Notes under the pieces: generated by a model
What the model saw: the letters and a program-made list of their open reading frames with translations, nothing else
The model's database searches: none
What the model was told of the DNA's origin: nothing
Origin: an uncultured bacterium
Lineage (GTDB): Bacteria > Patescibacteriota > Saccharimonadia > UBA4664 > SCTI01
DNA: 64,000 nt
Assembly (NCBI GenBank): GCA_963721685.1
Contig: CAVRJJ010000001.1
Span: forward strand, 132,870-196,869
Direction of reading: 5' to 3'
Position numbers and translations under genes: made by a program
Part shown: piece after piece, positions 21,544-32,329 of the stretch
How positions within the stretch are numbered: the stretch's first letter is position 1
Layout of the letters: the number at the start of each line of letters is the position of its first letter

Positions 21544-22095
21544 TTGCGTGGACAATGGGTCTACAACAGGATACAGACCATGGATTTACCGCAATCAATT
21601 CAATATGCCGCGGCGATTATTGTAATCGTTGGCGCCGGTGTGCTCTTAGGGTTTTCCCTGCGCCGCCGTCAGCCGTTGCAAGCGGCTCATTCCCAACATG
21701 AACGCTTGCAAACGTACGCGGACCTCATTAACTCAATGGATGGCTTACGAACGGCTGATGAGCGGCACAAAGCCGAGTTTGTAGCAGCTTACTACCGGGC
21801 TTTGGTATACGCCCCTGACAGTGTCGTGACAAGCTTAAACGCTTTTTTGCAAACGGTTACGGCGTCCGAGGGCCAGTACGAGAGTTCCAAGCAAACCGCT
21901 GCTCGGGATGCTGCGGTGCTTCAGATGCGCAGGGATGCCCAAAAGCAACTTGATAACACTACCAACCTCAAGCAAGGTAACTTATACAGCATAGAAGTTA
22001 ACAGTGCCGAGTCAAATACCGCGATAATGAAACCTGAGTCTCAGGTGGACACTTCGCCGATTCTGGCGGAGGCGAAAGCGGGCAACGCCAAGTAA
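21544..22095 (+). CDS. hypothetical membrane-anchored protein (N-terminal TM, helical C-terminus); likely true start at M 21580
   Basis: ORF inserted between rpsJ and rplC with a hydrophobic N-terminus (AAIIVIVGAGVLLGF). No recognisable domain. Confidence 0.4.
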   Translation: MRGQWVYNRIQTMDLPQSIQYAAAIIVIVGAGVLLGFSLRRRQPLQAAHSQHERLQTYADLINSMDGLRTADERHKAEFVAAYYRALVYAPDSVVTSLNAFLQTVTASEGQYESSKQTAARDAAVLQMRRDAQKQLDNTTNLKQGNLYSIEVNSAESNTAIMKPESQVDTSPILAEAKAGNAK

Positions 22096-22151
22096 GGATT
22101 GTTCATCTCTAGCATAAGCGCTATAGTGAAAATATTAAATGAAAAGCATCT

Positions 22152-22616
22152 ATGTCTCGGAAACCTAAGCGGCGGGTAAGGCGAAATTCTGGCGGACGCC
22201 AAGAGCTGGTTCGTTCAATTACCGAGCGTTCCTGGTTTCAGCTGCCTGACTGGGGAGTTGCCTGGCTGGAAAAGTATGCCGGCCGGGTGGTTTTTGGCAT
22301 GGTTATTTTACTAACTCCGATAGCTCTATTAGCCGTGGTCTTGGGTTTTAACTCGCTTCCGCTCCACATTGTCGGTATGCCGGCTGAAGATAATGGTTTA
22401 GGTCTTAAGGCTGTGCTTTTCCTCTTTACCTTTAGCCTGCTGGCTTTAGCGGTTAAGCCATTGATGCGCGGGTTACGACGGGGATGGTGGTTGGTGATCG
22501 CGGCCGCGGCTATGCATGTAACTAACAATGTCGTATCCGGTGAAGGCTTCAGCGGTATACTTCTGCTGCTATTGTCGGCATATCTCTATGCGCAGGTCCG
22601 TTACCGCTTGGATTAG
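22152..22616 (+). CDS. hypothetical polytopic membrane protein (154 aa)
   Basis: Three to four hydrophobic helices. No recognisable motif. Confidence 0.4.
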   Translation: MSRKPKRRVRRNSGGRQELVRSITERSWFQLPDWGVAWLEKYAGRVVFGMVILLTPIALLAVVLGFNSLPLHIVGMPAEDNGLGLKAVLFLFTFSLLALAVKPLMRGLRRGWWLVIAAAAMHVTNNVVSGEGFSGILLLLLSAYLYAQVRYRLD

Positions 22617-22668
22617 CGGCCGCGTTCTTGTTTGGCTTTTGTTCGTCTAACCAGATATAATATGAGAT

Positions 22669-23871
22669 ATGAATCTATTTGATGCGTCCCATCAGCCGTT
22701 AGCTGATCTTTTGCGCCCTAAGCAAATTGATGATGTAATCGGCCAAGAGCATTTGGTTGGAACCGGCAAGTTTATCCGCCAGCTGATTGAAAACGGCAAG
22801 CCGGTTTCACTAATCTTGTGGGGGCCTCCCGGCAGCGGAAAAACAACCCTGGCAAGAATTATTGCCGGCAGCAGCTCACACGCATTCGAGGAGCTCAGCG
22901 CGGCCATTGCCGGTGTGGCTGATGTGCGCAAGGTTATTGACCGGGCTAAGGAACGCAATAGAATGGGGCAGGGAACAATTCTGTTTGTTGATGAGATACA
23001 TCGATTCAATAAATCCCAACAGGATGCTTTTTTGCCTCATGTTGAAAATGGGACGATTGTGCTAATTGGCGCTACCACCGAGAACCCATCTTTTGAGGTG
23101 GTTTCACCGCTGCTGTCGCGCAGTCGGGTTGTAACCCTCAATCCTTTGTCACACGAGCAGCTTATCCAATTGATTGAACGGGCCATGGTGCAGTATAAAA
23201 ACAAGAAACTTCAGCCGGAAGCGGCAACACTATTAGCGGAATTGGCCGCCGGAGATGCCCGAGTGGCACTGGGTGGATTGGAGGCGGCTGCGGCTACTAC
23301 CGAGGTGGTAACTCCAGATAGCATCAAGCAGGCAATGCAAAAGACCAGTCTGCGCTACGACAAGGGTGGCGAGTTTCACTACAACTTGATTTCCGCCTTT
23401 ATTAAGTCAATGCGGGGAGGCGCAGTAGACGCGGCGCTTTTTTACCTTGCCCGGATGTTGGAGGCAGGAGAAGACCCTAAATTCATTGCTCGTCGAATTG
23501 TGATTTTCGCGTCTGAGGATGTGGGGGCAGCCGATCATGCCATGCTGCAGCTAGCCGTTTCGACGTTTCAGGCGATCGAGCGGATAGGGATGCCGGAAGG
23601 AAGGATTATTCTCGCGCAAGCGGCCATAGCGATGGCTCGAGCCCCTAAAAACCGGGATACCTATAACGCTATTGGATCTGCTGGGCAGGCCGTTCGGGAC
23701 AACCCTAGCGCTGAACCGCCGCTCCATCTGCGTAACGCCCCAACCAAGCTCATGAAGAATCTAGGCTACGGCAAAGACACAAAATGGGAACCCGGCTTTG
23801 AGCATCCTAAAGGTTTTATGCCCGAGGGCCTTGAAAATTTGAAATTGTATAAGCCGGAAAAACCCTCCTAA
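22669..23871 (+). CDS. rarA: replication-associated recombination protein A (AAA+ ATPase MgsA/RarA)
   Basis: 400 aa with Walker A GPPGSGKTT, Walker B ILFVDEIHRFNK and the RarA C-terminal helical domain. Confidence 0.85.
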   Translation: MNLFDASHQPLADLLRPKQIDDVIGQEHLVGTGKFIRQLIENGKPVSLILWGPPGSGKTTLARIIAGSSSHAFEELSAAIAGVADVRKVIDRAKERNRMGQGTILFVDEIHRFNKSQQDAFLPHVENGTIVLIGATTENPSFEVVSPLLSRSRVVTLNPLSHEQLIQLIERAMVQYKNKKLQPEAATLLAELAAGDARVALGGLEAAAATTEVVTPDSIKQAMQKTSLRYDKGGEFHYNLISAFIKSMRGGAVDAALFYLARMLEAGEDPKFIARRIVIFASEDVGAADHAMLQLAVSTFQAIERIGMPEGRIILAQAAIAMARAPKNRDTYNAIGSAGQAVRDNPSAEPPLHLRNAPTKLMKNLGYGKDTKWEPGFEHPKGFMPEGLENLKLYKPEKPS

Positions 23872-23908
23872 CAGCCTTATAGATTTCTATTCCGTTTACG
23901 CTTATACT

Positions 23909-24166
23909 GTGAACATGGCAAAAACCCAAAAAACCTTGGACAACGAATACGACAGCGTCTACTTCCTGAAAGTCCTACTCTATTTATTGCTTGGTACCGT
24001 TTGGATCGCGTTTGATGAAAAAAGGTATATACCGGCGGGGATTATCATTGGCATATTGATTGCCCAACACGAGCGGTTGCAGCTGGACCGTAAAATTGAG
24101 TACGCCATGTTAATTATTGGCGGGCTGCTCGGCTTGGTGGGTATTGGTTTAACGGTCAGGCTCTAG
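23909..24166 (+). CDS. small hypothetical membrane protein (85 aa, 2 TM)
   Basis: Hydrophobic ORF with no recognisable family. Confidence 0.3.
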   Translation: MNMAKTQKTLDNEYDSVYFLKVLLYLLLGTVWIAFDEKRYIPAGIIIGILIAQHERLQLDRKIEYAMLIIGGLLGLVGIGLTVRL

Positions 24167-24183
24167 CGGTTTCAACAATCCGT

Positions 24184-24216
24184 TGACAGATAGCCACCAG
24201 GTTTGATATAGTTTCT
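24184..24216 (+). promoter_or_regulatory. promoter candidate for the rplC operon (TTGACA ... TATAGT)
   Basis: TTGACA followed about 18 nt later by TATAGT, in the 160-nt gap upstream of rplC. Confidence 0.3.
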
Positions 24217-24328
24217 TGGTGACTCTTGCTGGGCCAAATAAGTTCAGCTGGCTGGGAATCAGATAGGATCGGTCATAACCGGTAACCGCCTGAATCCCGG
24301 GATTATTTTTTGTTAATAGGATGCTTTA

Positions 24329-24955
24329 ATGAAAGCCTTGCTTGGGAAAAAACTTGGAATGACCCAGCTGTTCGACGAGAACGGTAATGTTTCACGCGTT
24401 ACCATTATTGAGGCAGGTCCCTGTGTGGTGACCCAAGTAAAAACCGCCGACACGGATGGCTACCAGGCGGTTCAAATTGGTTTAGGTATCGCTAAACATC
24501 CTGCCAAACCCCAGGTCGGGCACGCTTCCTTTAAGGATATGACACCGAAGCATTTTCGCGAGGTGCGTCTGGATAAGGTGGGAGCAAAGCCTAGTGAGAC
24601 AGAAACAAAAGTAGGGGATACCTGGAAGGCAGATACATTTGAAATTGGTGACACGGTAGAGGTTGTTGGGACGAGTAAAGGCAAAGGTTTTGCCGGCACG
24701 ATAAAACGTCATAACTTCCACCGCGGCCCCAAGACACATGGTTCACATAATTACCGCGCACCCGGTTCAATTGGTTCAGGCTATCCGCAGCACGTCTTAA
24801 AGGGACAAAAAATGGCTGGCCGGATGGGCGGCGACCAAGTAACCGTTAAAGGTCTGACTATTGTCCACGTAGACGCGGAAAAAAACTTGCTGGCAATTAG
24901 TGGTGCTGTGCCCGGTCCTCGCAAGAGCCTGGTAATGATTCGAGAGGCACGCTAA
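24329..24955 (+). CDS. rplC: 50S ribosomal protein L3
   Basis: 208 aa starting LGKKLGMTQ..., typical L3. Confidence 0.95.
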   Translation: MKALLGKKLGMTQLFDENGNVSRVTIIEAGPCVVTQVKTADTDGYQAVQIGLGIAKHPAKPQVGHASFKDMTPKHFREVRLDKVGAKPSETETKVGDTWKADTFEIGDTVEVVGTSKGKGFAGTIKRHNFHRGPKTHGSHNYRAPGSIGSGYPQHVLKGQKMAGRMGGDQVTVKGLTIVHVDAEKNLLAISGAVPGPRKSLVMIREAR

Positions 24956-25644
24956 TGGCGCAGGCAGTTCTTTATACCAAGAGCGGAACTAAAAAAGATA
25001 CTGCCGTTACGTTGCCAGCAGCGGTGTTTAGCGCTAAACCGAATCATGAGCTTATCAACTCCGCTTACCAAACCTATGTCGCCAATGGCCGGCATGCCGG
25101 TGCTAAAACCTTAACCCGCGGTGAAGTCCGTGGTGGCGGGAAGAAGCCATGGAAGCAAAAAGGCACCGGTCGTGCTCGTGCCGGCTCCAGCCGTTTGCCG
25201 CATTGGACTGGCGGCGGCGTGGCCTTTGGTCCGGTAGGGCTGGAAAACCATAGCCGTTCGATGCCCGTTAAGGCTAAACGCGCGGCAATTAGGCAAGCTC
25301 TCAGTTTGCAGGCAGCCGACAAAAAGCTGCGGGTTATTGAAGATTTCGTAATGGCGGATGGCAAAGTCAGTTCAACGGTAAAATTGCTGGCCAAACTTAA
25401 CGTTGAAGGCACTATCTTAATGGTGGTTGCCACCAAAGACCCACTAACCGACCGAGCCACCCGTAATATGCCAGGTGTGGAGATGGTAAGTGCTACTTAT
25501 CTGAACGTATTTACGATCTTGAATGCCGATGTCATCATTATAACCCAAGAGGCATTAGCCCAGATTGAAAAATGGCTTGGTACCGCTGAAACCCCAACGG
25601 CTGCTAAAAAGCCAGCCGCGAAGAAGTCGGAGGCAACCTCATGA
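24955..25644 (+). CDS. rplD: 50S ribosomal protein L4
   Basis: 229 aa in the synteny position of L4, with KPWKQKGTGRAR. Confidence 0.95.
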   Translation: MAQAVLYTKSGTKKDTAVTLPAAVFSAKPNHELINSAYQTYVANGRHAGAKTLTRGEVRGGGKKPWKQKGTGRARAGSSRLPHWTGGGVAFGPVGLENHSRSMPVKAKRAAIRQALSLQAADKKLRVIEDFVMADGKVSSTVKLLAKLNVEGTILMVVATKDPLTDRATRNMPGVEMVSATYLNVFTILNADVIIITQEALAQIEKWLGTAETPTAAKKPAAKKSEATS

Positions 25645-25940
25645 GTTTTGCCGTAGTTCGACCACATATAAGCGAAAAAGCTATTGGCATGGCGGAAGGT
25701 GGAACCTACGTGTTTGACGTACCTTCAAGTTCCAATAAGATTGAAGTTGCCAAAGCGGTGGAAAAAAGCTTTAGCGTCAAAGTCGCTTCCGTCAATATGA
25801 TGATTGTAAAAGGCAAGACCGTGGCATTGCGGCGTAAAGGTGGAAAAAACACTACCGGTCGTCGCAGTAACTTGAAAAAAGCTATGGTTCGTTTACAGCC
25901 GGGCCAAAAAATTAACTTATTCGATGAGAAGGCAAAGTAA
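25641..25940 (+). CDS. rplW: 50S ribosomal protein L23
   Basis: 99 aa in synteny position. Confidence 0.9.
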   Translation: MSFAVVRPHISEKAIGMAEGGTYVFDVPSSSNKIEVAKAVEKSFSVKVASVNMMIVKGKTVALRRKGGKNTTGRRSNLKKAMVRLQPGQKINLFDEKAK

Positions 25941-26773
25941 TGGCAATCCGTTTATACAAGCCAACCACACCTGCCCGGCGCGGTATGACAACAGCCGATA
26001 CGGCTATGTTAACGCGTAAAAAACCGGAAAAGTCATTATTAGTTGCTAAAAAAGCCGGATCCGGCCGCAACAACCAAGGCAAGATTACCATCCGGCATCG
26101 TGGCGGCGGCGTTAAGCGCTATTACCGGCTTATTGATTTTCGTTTACTGCCAGGTTTTAAGGGTACCATTACCGCTTTAGAATATGACCCTAACCGTTCG
26201 TCTCATATCGCGCTGGTATTGCGTGACAACGGAACCAAAGCTTACATTTTAGCGGGAAGTGATATGCAGGTTGGCCAAACGGTTGAAAGCGGGCCGGAAG
26301 CCGATATTCGTAAAGGTAACCGCTTGCCGCTTGCAAACATTCCGGTTGGTACCCAAATCTATAATATTGAATTGGTTCTTGGCAAAGGCGGTCAGATAGC
26401 TCGTAGTGCCGGCTCAAAAGCCCAACTGGTTGCTAAAGAAGGCACGTTCTGCCAGGTACGGCTTCCAAGCGGTGAGGTGCGCCTAATCCATCAGAACTGC
26501 ATGGCCACGATTGGCACCGTGGGCAATGAAGCCCATCAAAACATTAAGTATGGTAGTGCCGGCCGCCGCCGCCGGTTAGGATGGCGTCCCACCGTCCGCG
26601 GTAAAGCAATGAACCCGGTTGACCACCCCCATGGAGGCGGTGAGGGCAATACCAGCCCGGGAATGAATCCGAAAACCCCGTGGGGTAAACCAGCCCTGGG
26701 ACTTAAAACCCGCCGCCGCAAGCTAACCGATCGAATGATTGTCCGCGGCCGTAACCAAGGACGGAGGCGCTAA
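25940..26773 (+). CDS. rplB: 50S ribosomal protein L2
   Basis: 277 aa with the L2 signature [10 protein letters not shown]... and HPHGGGEG. Confidence 0.97.
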   Translation: MAIRLYKPTTPARRGMTTADTAMLTRKKPEKSLLVAKKAGSGRNNQGKITIRHRGGGVKRYYRLIDFRLLPGFKGTITALEYDPNRSSHIALVLRDNGTKAYILAGSDMQVGQTVESGPEADIRKGNRLPLANIPVGTQIYNIELVLGKGGQIARSAGSKAQLVAKEGTFCQVRLPSGEVRLIHQNCMATIGTVGNEAHQNIKYGSAGRRRRLGWRPTVRGKAMNPVDHPHGGGEGNTSPGMNPKTPWGKPALGLKTRRRKLTDRMIVRGRNQGRRR

Positions 26774-26774
26774 G

Positions 26775-27050
26775 ATGAGTCGTTCACTTAAAAAAGGTCC
26801 CTTTATGGACGAAAAATTAATGATGAAAGTTGCTAAGATTAAAGCTGGCGACAAAACCGTAATTAAAACCTGGGCCAGAGCCAGCACCATATCTCCCGAA
26901 ATGGTGGGGATGAACTTCGCTGTGCATAACGGCAAGGTTCATGTGCCCGTGTTTGTGACGGAAAACATGGTTGGCCACAAGCTTGGCGAGTTTGCTGCCA
27001 CCCGTAAATTTCGTGGTCATGGTGGAAAGCTCGCGAAGGGGCAACGCTAA
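26775..27050 (+). CDS. rpsS: 30S ribosomal protein S19 (start trimmed to [10 protein letters not shown])
   Basis: S19 N-terminus SRSLKKGPF. The ORF-track start at 26739 would overlap the rplB end in another frame. Confidence 0.9.
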   Translation: MSRSLKKGPFMDEKLMMKVAKIKAGDKTVIKTWARASTISPEMVGMNFAVHNGKVHVPVFVTENMVGHKLGEFAATRKFRGHGGKLAKGQR

Positions 27051-27562
27051 TGAACGTCCGCGCTACAGCCAAATTTGTTGGCACCTCCCATCGAAAGGTT
27101 GGCTTAGTGGCAGCTATTATCCGTGGCCATAAGGCCAAAGAGGCCGTTACGCTTTTAAGCCAAACTCCGCAAAGGGCCACGGAGCCGGTAGGGAAAGTTT
27201 TAAATTCCGCTATCGCGAACGCTGAAAATAATTACCGGTTGAAAGTGGCGGACTTAATAGTTGAATCAGTCTTAGTGGGGCCTGGACCAACCCTGAAGCG
27301 CTTCCGGCCGCGCGCCCAAGGCCGGGCGTTTCCCATACTCAAGCGCACTAGCCATATTACCGTGGTGTTAAGTGACGGGACCGCTAAGCAAGTTGCGGCT
27401 GAAAAATCTGCCGCTCCGGTTGCTTCAACGTCCGAATCAGCAACTGTACCAGCCGCAAAGGTAAAACCGGCTAAAGGATTGCGGCCTTCGGGCGATGCAA
27501 AAGCCAATACACGAAGCCAGGCTTCGGCCAGGCGCACTAACCAACGCAAGGGGAACGCATAA
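27050..27562 (+). CDS. rplV: 50S ribosomal protein L22 with Ala/Lys-rich C-terminal extension
   Basis: 170 aa, longer than the typical L22 of about 110 aa. The tail AAEKSAAPVASTSES...RRTNQRKGNA is low-complexity. Confidence 0.9.
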   Translation: MNVRATAKFVGTSHRKVGLVAAIIRGHKAKEAVTLLSQTPQRATEPVGKVLNSAIANAENNYRLKVADLIVESVLVGPGPTLKRFRPRAQGRAFPILKRTSHITVVLSDGTAKQVAAEKSAAPVASTSESATVPAAKVKPAKGLRPSGDAKANTRSQASARRTNQRKGNA

Positions 27563-28189
27563 ATGGGACAAAAGATTAATCCGCGCAGTATGCGCCTCCA
27601 AGTTGATAAAGACTGGTCATCAAAGTGGTTTGCCACTAAAGACTACGCGTCACAATTAATTAGTGATGTTCAGATCCGCCGGGCAATTGACAAAAAACTT
27701 TCCCGCCGTGCCAGTGTTTGCCGGGTTGACGTTGAGCGTTCGCCTAGCCTCGTAACCGTAACGATTTATACGGCAAAGCCGGGGGTAGTAATCGGGCGCG
27801 GCGGCAGCGGTGCCGAAGAGCTTAAGCAAATGCTGTCCAAACTTGTCACCGGCGACGTTAAGGTAAGTATTGAAGAAGTAAAAAAGCCTGAAACAAACGC
27901 AAAGCTGGTCGCGGAAAACATTGCGGGCCAGCTCGAGCGGCGTATCTCGTTTCGCCGGGCGATGAAAATGTCTGTCGAGAATGCGATAAAATCCGGTGCT
28001 CTTGGCGCTAAGGTAGCGGTGGGTGGCCGCTTAAATGGAGCTGAGATGGGCCGCCGCGAGAAGGTAGCCCAAGGTTCTATCCCGCTGCACACCTTGCGGG
28101 CGGATATCGATTTCGCGCAAGCCCAGGCACGTACTACCTACGGCATTATTGGGGTGAAGGTTTGGATCAATAAAGGGAATAAGTTTTAG
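27563..28189 (+). CDS. rpsC: 30S ribosomal protein S3
   Basis: 208 aa starting MGQKINPRS..., with a KH domain. Confidence 0.95.
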   Translation: MGQKINPRSMRLQVDKDWSSKWFATKDYASQLISDVQIRRAIDKKLSRRASVCRVDVERSPSLVTVTIYTAKPGVVIGRGGSGAEELKQMLSKLVTGDVKVSIEEVKKPETNAKLVAENIAGQLERRISFRRAMKMSVENAIKSGALGAKVAVGGRLNGAEMGRREKVAQGSIPLHTLRADIDFAQAQARTTYGIIGVKVWINKGNKF

Positions 28190-28200
28190 AGGTTTATGCA

Positions 28201-28629
28201 ATGTTAATGCCACGTAAAACCAAATATCGGAAACAGATGAAAGGCCGGGTTAAGGGCGTGGCTACGCGCGGTACTGAAATTTCTTTTGGCCAATTTGGAC
28301 TGAAATCTGAAGGGACCGAGCGGATTACTTCCCGCCAGATTGAGGCATCCCGTCGTGCTATGACGCGCTACATTAAGCGTGGTGGCAAGATTTGGATTCG
28401 AATTTTTCCCGACGTGCCAATTACCCGTAAGCCGGCCGAAGTTCGTATGGGTAGCGGCAAGGGGTCGGTTGACCATTATGCTGCCCGCGTAACTCCTGGA
28501 CGCATGTTGTTTGAAATGGAAGGCGTAAAAGAAGAGGTTGCCCGTGAAGCTATGCGGCTAGCCGCCATGAAGCTTCCAATTAAAACCCGTTTTGTAGTAC
28601 GCCGGACACCAGGGGAAACAACAGAATGA
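28201..28629 (+). CDS. rplP: 50S ribosomal protein L16
   Basis: 142 aa starting [12 protein letters not shown]... Confidence 0.95.
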   Translation: MLMPRKTKYRKQMKGRVKGVATRGTEISFGQFGLKSEGTERITSRQIEASRRAMTRYIKRGGKIWIRIFPDVPITRKPAEVRMGSGKGSVDHYAARVTPGRMLFEMEGVKEEVAREAMRLAAMKLPIKTRFVVRRTPGETTE

Positions 28630-28835
28630 AGTACGCTGAAATAACCAAAAAATCCAATCAAGAGCTAACGCTGCTCATACAGGAAACCCAGGAGCAAATT
28701 CGCCAACTGGCAATTGAAATGCGTACCAAGCAAGTTCCTAATATTAAACAAATGCACCAGCTTAAACGAACGGCAGCTCAGAGCTTAACCGAACAACGTC
28801 AGCGCGAAATGCAGAAGGAGGAGCACCATGGCTAG
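28626..28835 (+). CDS. rpmC: 50S ribosomal protein L29
   Basis: 69 aa in synteny position, coiled-coil. Confidence 0.85.
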   Translation: MKYAEITKKSNQELTLLIQETQEQIRQLAIEMRTKQVPNIKQMHQLKRTAAQSLTEQRQREMQKEEHHG

Positions 28836-29079
28836 AATACTGCGAGGAACTGTCTCCTCAAATAAAATGGATAAAACGGTGGTTGTGCGCGTTGACCGGG
28901 TAAAAGAGCATCCCTTGTACCGCAAAAAGTATAGTGTTTCCACCAACTTTAAAGCTCACGATGCCGAAAACAGCTGCAGCGTTGGCGATGTAGTTGAAAT
29001 TACCGAGAGTCGGCCAATTAGCCGCGACAAGCGCTGGGTTGTAACCCGGACCATAACCGCCCCGGAGGCAACGGCATGA
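28828..29079 (+). CDS. rpsQ: 30S ribosomal protein S17
   Basis: 83 aa in synteny position, starting [14 protein letters not shown]... Confidence 0.9.
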   Translation: MARILRGTVSSNKMDKTVVVRVDRVKEHPLYRKKYSVSTNFKAHDAENSCSVGDVVEITESRPISRDKRWVVTRTITAPEATA

Positions 29080-29444
29080 TTCAAGCTGAATCCCGCCTTA
29101 AAGTAGCCGACAACAGCGGTGCGCGCGATGTCTTGTGCATTAAAGTGCTGGGCAGTTCGCGGCGGCGTTATGCTCGGGTGGGTGATGTCATCACGGCTAG
29201 CGTTAAAATAGCTTCACCCGGCGGAAACGTAAAGAAGAAGGAAGTGGTGAAGGCTGTGGTGGTGCGCGCTACGCAGCCTACCCGCCGTCCTGACGGTTCC
29301 CAGGTTCGCTTTGATGATAATGCCGTGGTAATCATCGATGCCAATAAACAGCCCCGGGGAACCCGGGTGTTTGGTCCGGTTGCCAGGGAATTACGCGAAG
29401 CCGGATATATGAAAATTATCTCGCTTGCTCCGGAGGTACTCTAA
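29076..29444 (+). CDS. rplN: 50S ribosomal protein L14
   Basis: 122 aa starting [17 protein letters not shown]... Confidence 0.95.
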   Translation: MIQAESRLKVADNSGARDVLCIKVLGSSRRRYARVGDVITASVKIASPGGNVKKKEVVKAVVVRATQPTRRPDGSQVRFDDNAVVIIDANKQPRGTRVFGPVARELREAGYMKIISLAPEVL

Positions 29445-29764
29445 TGAAGCTGCGTAAAGGCGATAAAGTGGTTGTGCTGGCCGGCAAGGACAAAGGCAAA
29501 AGCGGTGAGATTACCGCTGTGCTGCCAAAATCCGGCAAGGTTGTGGTTACCGGCATAAATATTGCCAAGCGTCACACCAAGCCTTCTAGTAAGTTTCCTC
29601 AGGGCGGAATTCTGGAGCTCACCAAACCAATCGCTACTTCTAAAGTTATGGCAGTTGACCCCCAAACCGGTGTTCCCGGTCGGGTGGGCTACCGCATCAA
29701 TCCTGACGGCAGCAAAGAACGGGTATTTAAACTCAGCAAACGTAAGAAAGTAAAGAAGGCATAA
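29444..29764 (+). CDS. rplX: 50S ribosomal protein L24
   Basis: 106 aa with a KOW motif (KGDKVVVLAGKDKGK). Confidence 0.9.
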   Translation: MKLRKGDKVVVLAGKDKGKSGEITAVLPKSGKVVVTGINIAKRHTKPSSKFPQGGILELTKPIATSKVMAVDPQTGVPGRVGYRINPDGSKERVFKLSKRKKVKKA

Positions 29765-29766
29765 CC

Positions 29767-30312
29767 ATGAACCGACTACGCACGAAATACCAAAAAGAGG
29801 TTCGCCCGGCTTTACAAAAAGAGCTTGGGTATACCAACCTGCATCAGATTCCGGGTGTCGAGAAGATTGTTATTAATTCGGGGGTGGGCCGGGCAGTAAC
29901 CGATGCCAAGCACTTAGAGCTGGTAACTTCAACAATCCAGAAAGTTACCGGCCAAGCCCCGGTAACTACCGTAGCAAAAAACAGCATTGCCGGTTTTAAG
30001 CTGCGCGAGGGAAATAAGATTGGTGTAATGGTAACGTTACGGGGTGAGCGGATGTATAGCTTTATGGATCGTTTGATCGCCTTGGTATTGCCGCGTATCC
30101 GCGATTTCCGTGGTATTGCGGTCAAGTCCTGTGACGCCCAGGGTAATTACAGCATTGGGCTAAACGACCAGTCGGTTTTTCCGGAGTTGACGTTTGAGGA
30201 GACGTCCAATCGTCATGGCATTCAGGTGAATATTATTACCACTGCCAAAACCCCGGAGGAAAGTAAGCGATTATTAGAGTTAATGGGATTTCCCTTTCAG
30301 AGGAGCAGTTAG
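29767..30312 (+). CDS. rplE: 50S ribosomal protein L5
   Basis: 181 aa in synteny position. Confidence 0.95.
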   Translation: MNRLRTKYQKEVRPALQKELGYTNLHQIPGVEKIVINSGVGRAVTDAKHLELVTSTIQKVTGQAPVTTVAKNSIAGFKLREGNKIGVMVTLRGERMYSFMDRLIALVLPRIRDFRGIAVKSCDAQGNYSIGLNDQSVFPELTFEETSNRHGIQVNIITTAKTPEESKRLLELMGFPFQRSS

Positions 30313-30498
30313 ATGGCAAGACTAGCATTAATTAATAAGGCCAATAAGACACCAAAGTATTCGACCCGCAAGGTCAACCGATGTAAGCTGTGCGGCCGTC
30401 CGCGCGGGTATATGCGGCAGTTTAGCATGTGCCGGATTTGTTTCCGCGAGCATGCCAGCCGCGGCCAAATCCCCGGTGTTACTAAGGCTAGTTGGTAA
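30313..30498 (+). CDS. rpsN: 30S ribosomal protein S14 type Z (zinc-binding)
   Basis: 61 aa with a CxxC...CxxC pattern (CKLCGRPRG...CRIC). Confidence 0.9.
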   Translation: MARLALINKANKTPKYSTRKVNRCKLCGRPRGYMRQFSMCRICFREHASRGQIPGVTKASW

Positions 30499-30510
30499 GG
30501 AGATAATAGT

Positions 30511-30900
30511 ATGACTGATCCCATTGCAGACATGTTAACTCGAATCCGTAACGCCATTGCCGCTTCCCGCGCCTATGTGGTGCTGCCCCATTCAAAGATC
30601 AAAGAAGGAATTGCTAAGATCCTTAAAGATAGTGGGTTTATCGCGCATTATGAAGTTGAAAAGAACGGCATCTTTACTTCCTTAAAGCTGACCCTTCAGA
30701 GCGACGGCGAATTGCCGGCCATTAATGATTTACAGAGAGTTTCCAAGCCCGGTCGACGGGTCTATACGGCCGCCGACAACATTCCCTTAGTCCTTGGCGG
30801 CCGGGGAATGGTTATCGTTTCTACCTCGGGAGGCTTAATGACCGGCCGTGAAGCCAGAGGCAAAGGCCTTGGCGGTGAACTAATCTGTAAGGTGTGGTAA
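30511..30900 (+). CDS. rpsH: 30S ribosomal protein S8
   Basis: 129 aa starting [15 protein letters not shown]... Confidence 0.95.
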   Translation: MTDPIADMLTRIRNAIAASRAYVVLPHSKIKEGIAKILKDSGFIAHYEVEKNGIFTSLKLTLQSDGELPAINDLQRVSKPGRRVYTAADNIPLVLGGRGMVIVSTSGGLMTGREARGKGLGGELICKVW

Positions 30901-30901
30901 G

Positions 30902-31438
30902 ATGAGTCGCGTAGGACGTCAACCAATTCAAGTACCATCGGGAGTAAAGGTTGAACTTAATGGCGAGACCGTTACGGCAACCGGCCCGAAAGGTACATTA
31001 TCGGTGCAGTTGCTGACTGGAATCACGCTCGATCAAACGCCGGAGCAGATTACCGTAGTTAAAGCCATTGACGATGACGAGCGGCAAAAAACCTTTGGTT
31101 TAATGCGTACGCTTATTAATAACATGGTTGTGGGCGTTAGTGCCGGTTTCCAGCGCCAGTTGGAAATTAACGGGGTGGGCTACCGGGCCAGCTTGGCCGG
31201 TAACACCATTAACCTTTCGCTGGGCTACTCCCATCCGATAGCTTTTGAGCTTCCCGCGGGTGTTGATGCTAAGATTGAACGTAACGTCATAACGCTGAGC
31301 GGCGCTGACAAACAGAAGGTGGGGCAAGTGGCGGCCAATATTAGGGCCTTGCGCAAACCGGAGCCGTATAAGGGCAAAGGTATAAAATATGTTGAAGAGC
31401 GCATTCGCCGTAAAGCTGGTAAGGCAGCATCCAAATAA
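30902..31438 (+). CDS. rplF: 50S ribosomal protein L6
   Basis: 178 aa starting MSRVGRQPIQVP... Confidence 0.95.
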   Translation: MSRVGRQPIQVPSGVKVELNGETVTATGPKGTLSVQLLTGITLDQTPEQITVVKAIDDDERQKTFGLMRTLINNMVVGVSAGFQRQLEINGVGYRASLAGNTINLSLGYSHPIAFELPAGVDAKIERNVITLSGADKQKVGQVAANIRALRKPEPYKGKGIKYVEERIRRKAGKAASK

Positions 31439-31448
31439 GGATTAGATT

Positions 31449-31799
31449 ATGAGTACTACCGTTATATCAAGAACCATCCAACGCCGGAACCGGACTCGCG
31501 CTAAAATTAGCGGCACGGCAGTTCGCCCCCGTCTGAATGTTCATATTAGTAACCGGCATGTTACCGCCCAGCTTATCGACGACAGCGCGGGCAAAACAAT
31601 TGCTTTTGTAACAACCGCGAAAACCGCTGACGCAAAAGGCAATTTAACCACCAAGGCTGTTTGGGTTGGTGAACAGATTGCCGCTCTGGCAAAAAAGGCA
31701 AAAATAACCCAAGTAGTGTTTGACCGCGGCAGCCGCATCTATCACGGGCGACTGCACGCCTTGGCCGAAGCCGCCCGCAGCAAAGGATTGGAGTTCTAA
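31449..31799 (+). CDS. rplR: 50S ribosomal protein L18
   Basis: 116 aa in synteny position. Confidence 0.9.
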   Translation: MSTTVISRTIQRRNRTRAKISGTAVRPRLNVHISNRHVTAQLIDDSAGKTIAFVTTAKTADAKGNLTTKAVWVGEQIAALAKKAKITQVVFDRGSRIYHGRLHALAEAARSKGLEF

Positions 31800-32320
31800 T
31801 GGCTATTTCGCAGCAACCTAAAGAGTTTGAAGAGAAGGTAATTGCCATTGACCGCGTAGCCCGCGTGGTTAAAGGCGGCCGCCGATTCCGTTTCCGGGCA
31901 ACAGTGGTTATTGGAGACAAAAAAGGCCGTGTTGGCTTAGGTATCGGCAAGGGCGGAGAAGTGATGACGGCAATTGCCAAAGCCATATCGCGCGCCCGCC
32001 GCAATATGATTACCATTCCCTTGAAAAACGGGACTATCCCGCACGAAATAACGGTTCGCTTTTCCGGCGCCCAAGTTATGCTAAAGCCGGCATCAACCGG
32101 GACCGGTGTGATTGCTGGCGGTGCCGTTCGTAACGTGGTGGAGGTTGCTGGAATTCATGACTTATTAACCAAATCATTTGGCTCAACCAATAAAGTAAAC
32201 AACGCCTACGCCACTATTATGGCCCTTTCAAGGGTCAAGCCTATCAGCAGTAGCCCTTTGTCCAAGCCTCGCCCCAAGGCAGTAAAAAGTACCGCAAAGA
32301 CGGAAAAGGTCGCGGTCTAA
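31799..32320 (+). CDS. rpsE: 30S ribosomal protein S5
   Basis: 173 aa with GRRFRFRATVVIGD. Followed directly by L15, with no L30 gene. Confidence 0.95.
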   Translation: MAISQQPKEFEEKVIAIDRVARVVKGGRRFRFRATVVIGDKKGRVGLGIGKGGEVMTAIAKAISRARRNMITIPLKNGTIPHEITVRFSGAQVMLKPASTGTGVIAGGAVRNVVEVAGIHDLLTKSFGSTNKVNNAYATIMALSRVKPISSSPLSKPRPKAVKSTAKTEKVAV

Positions 32321-32329
32321 GGAAAAACT

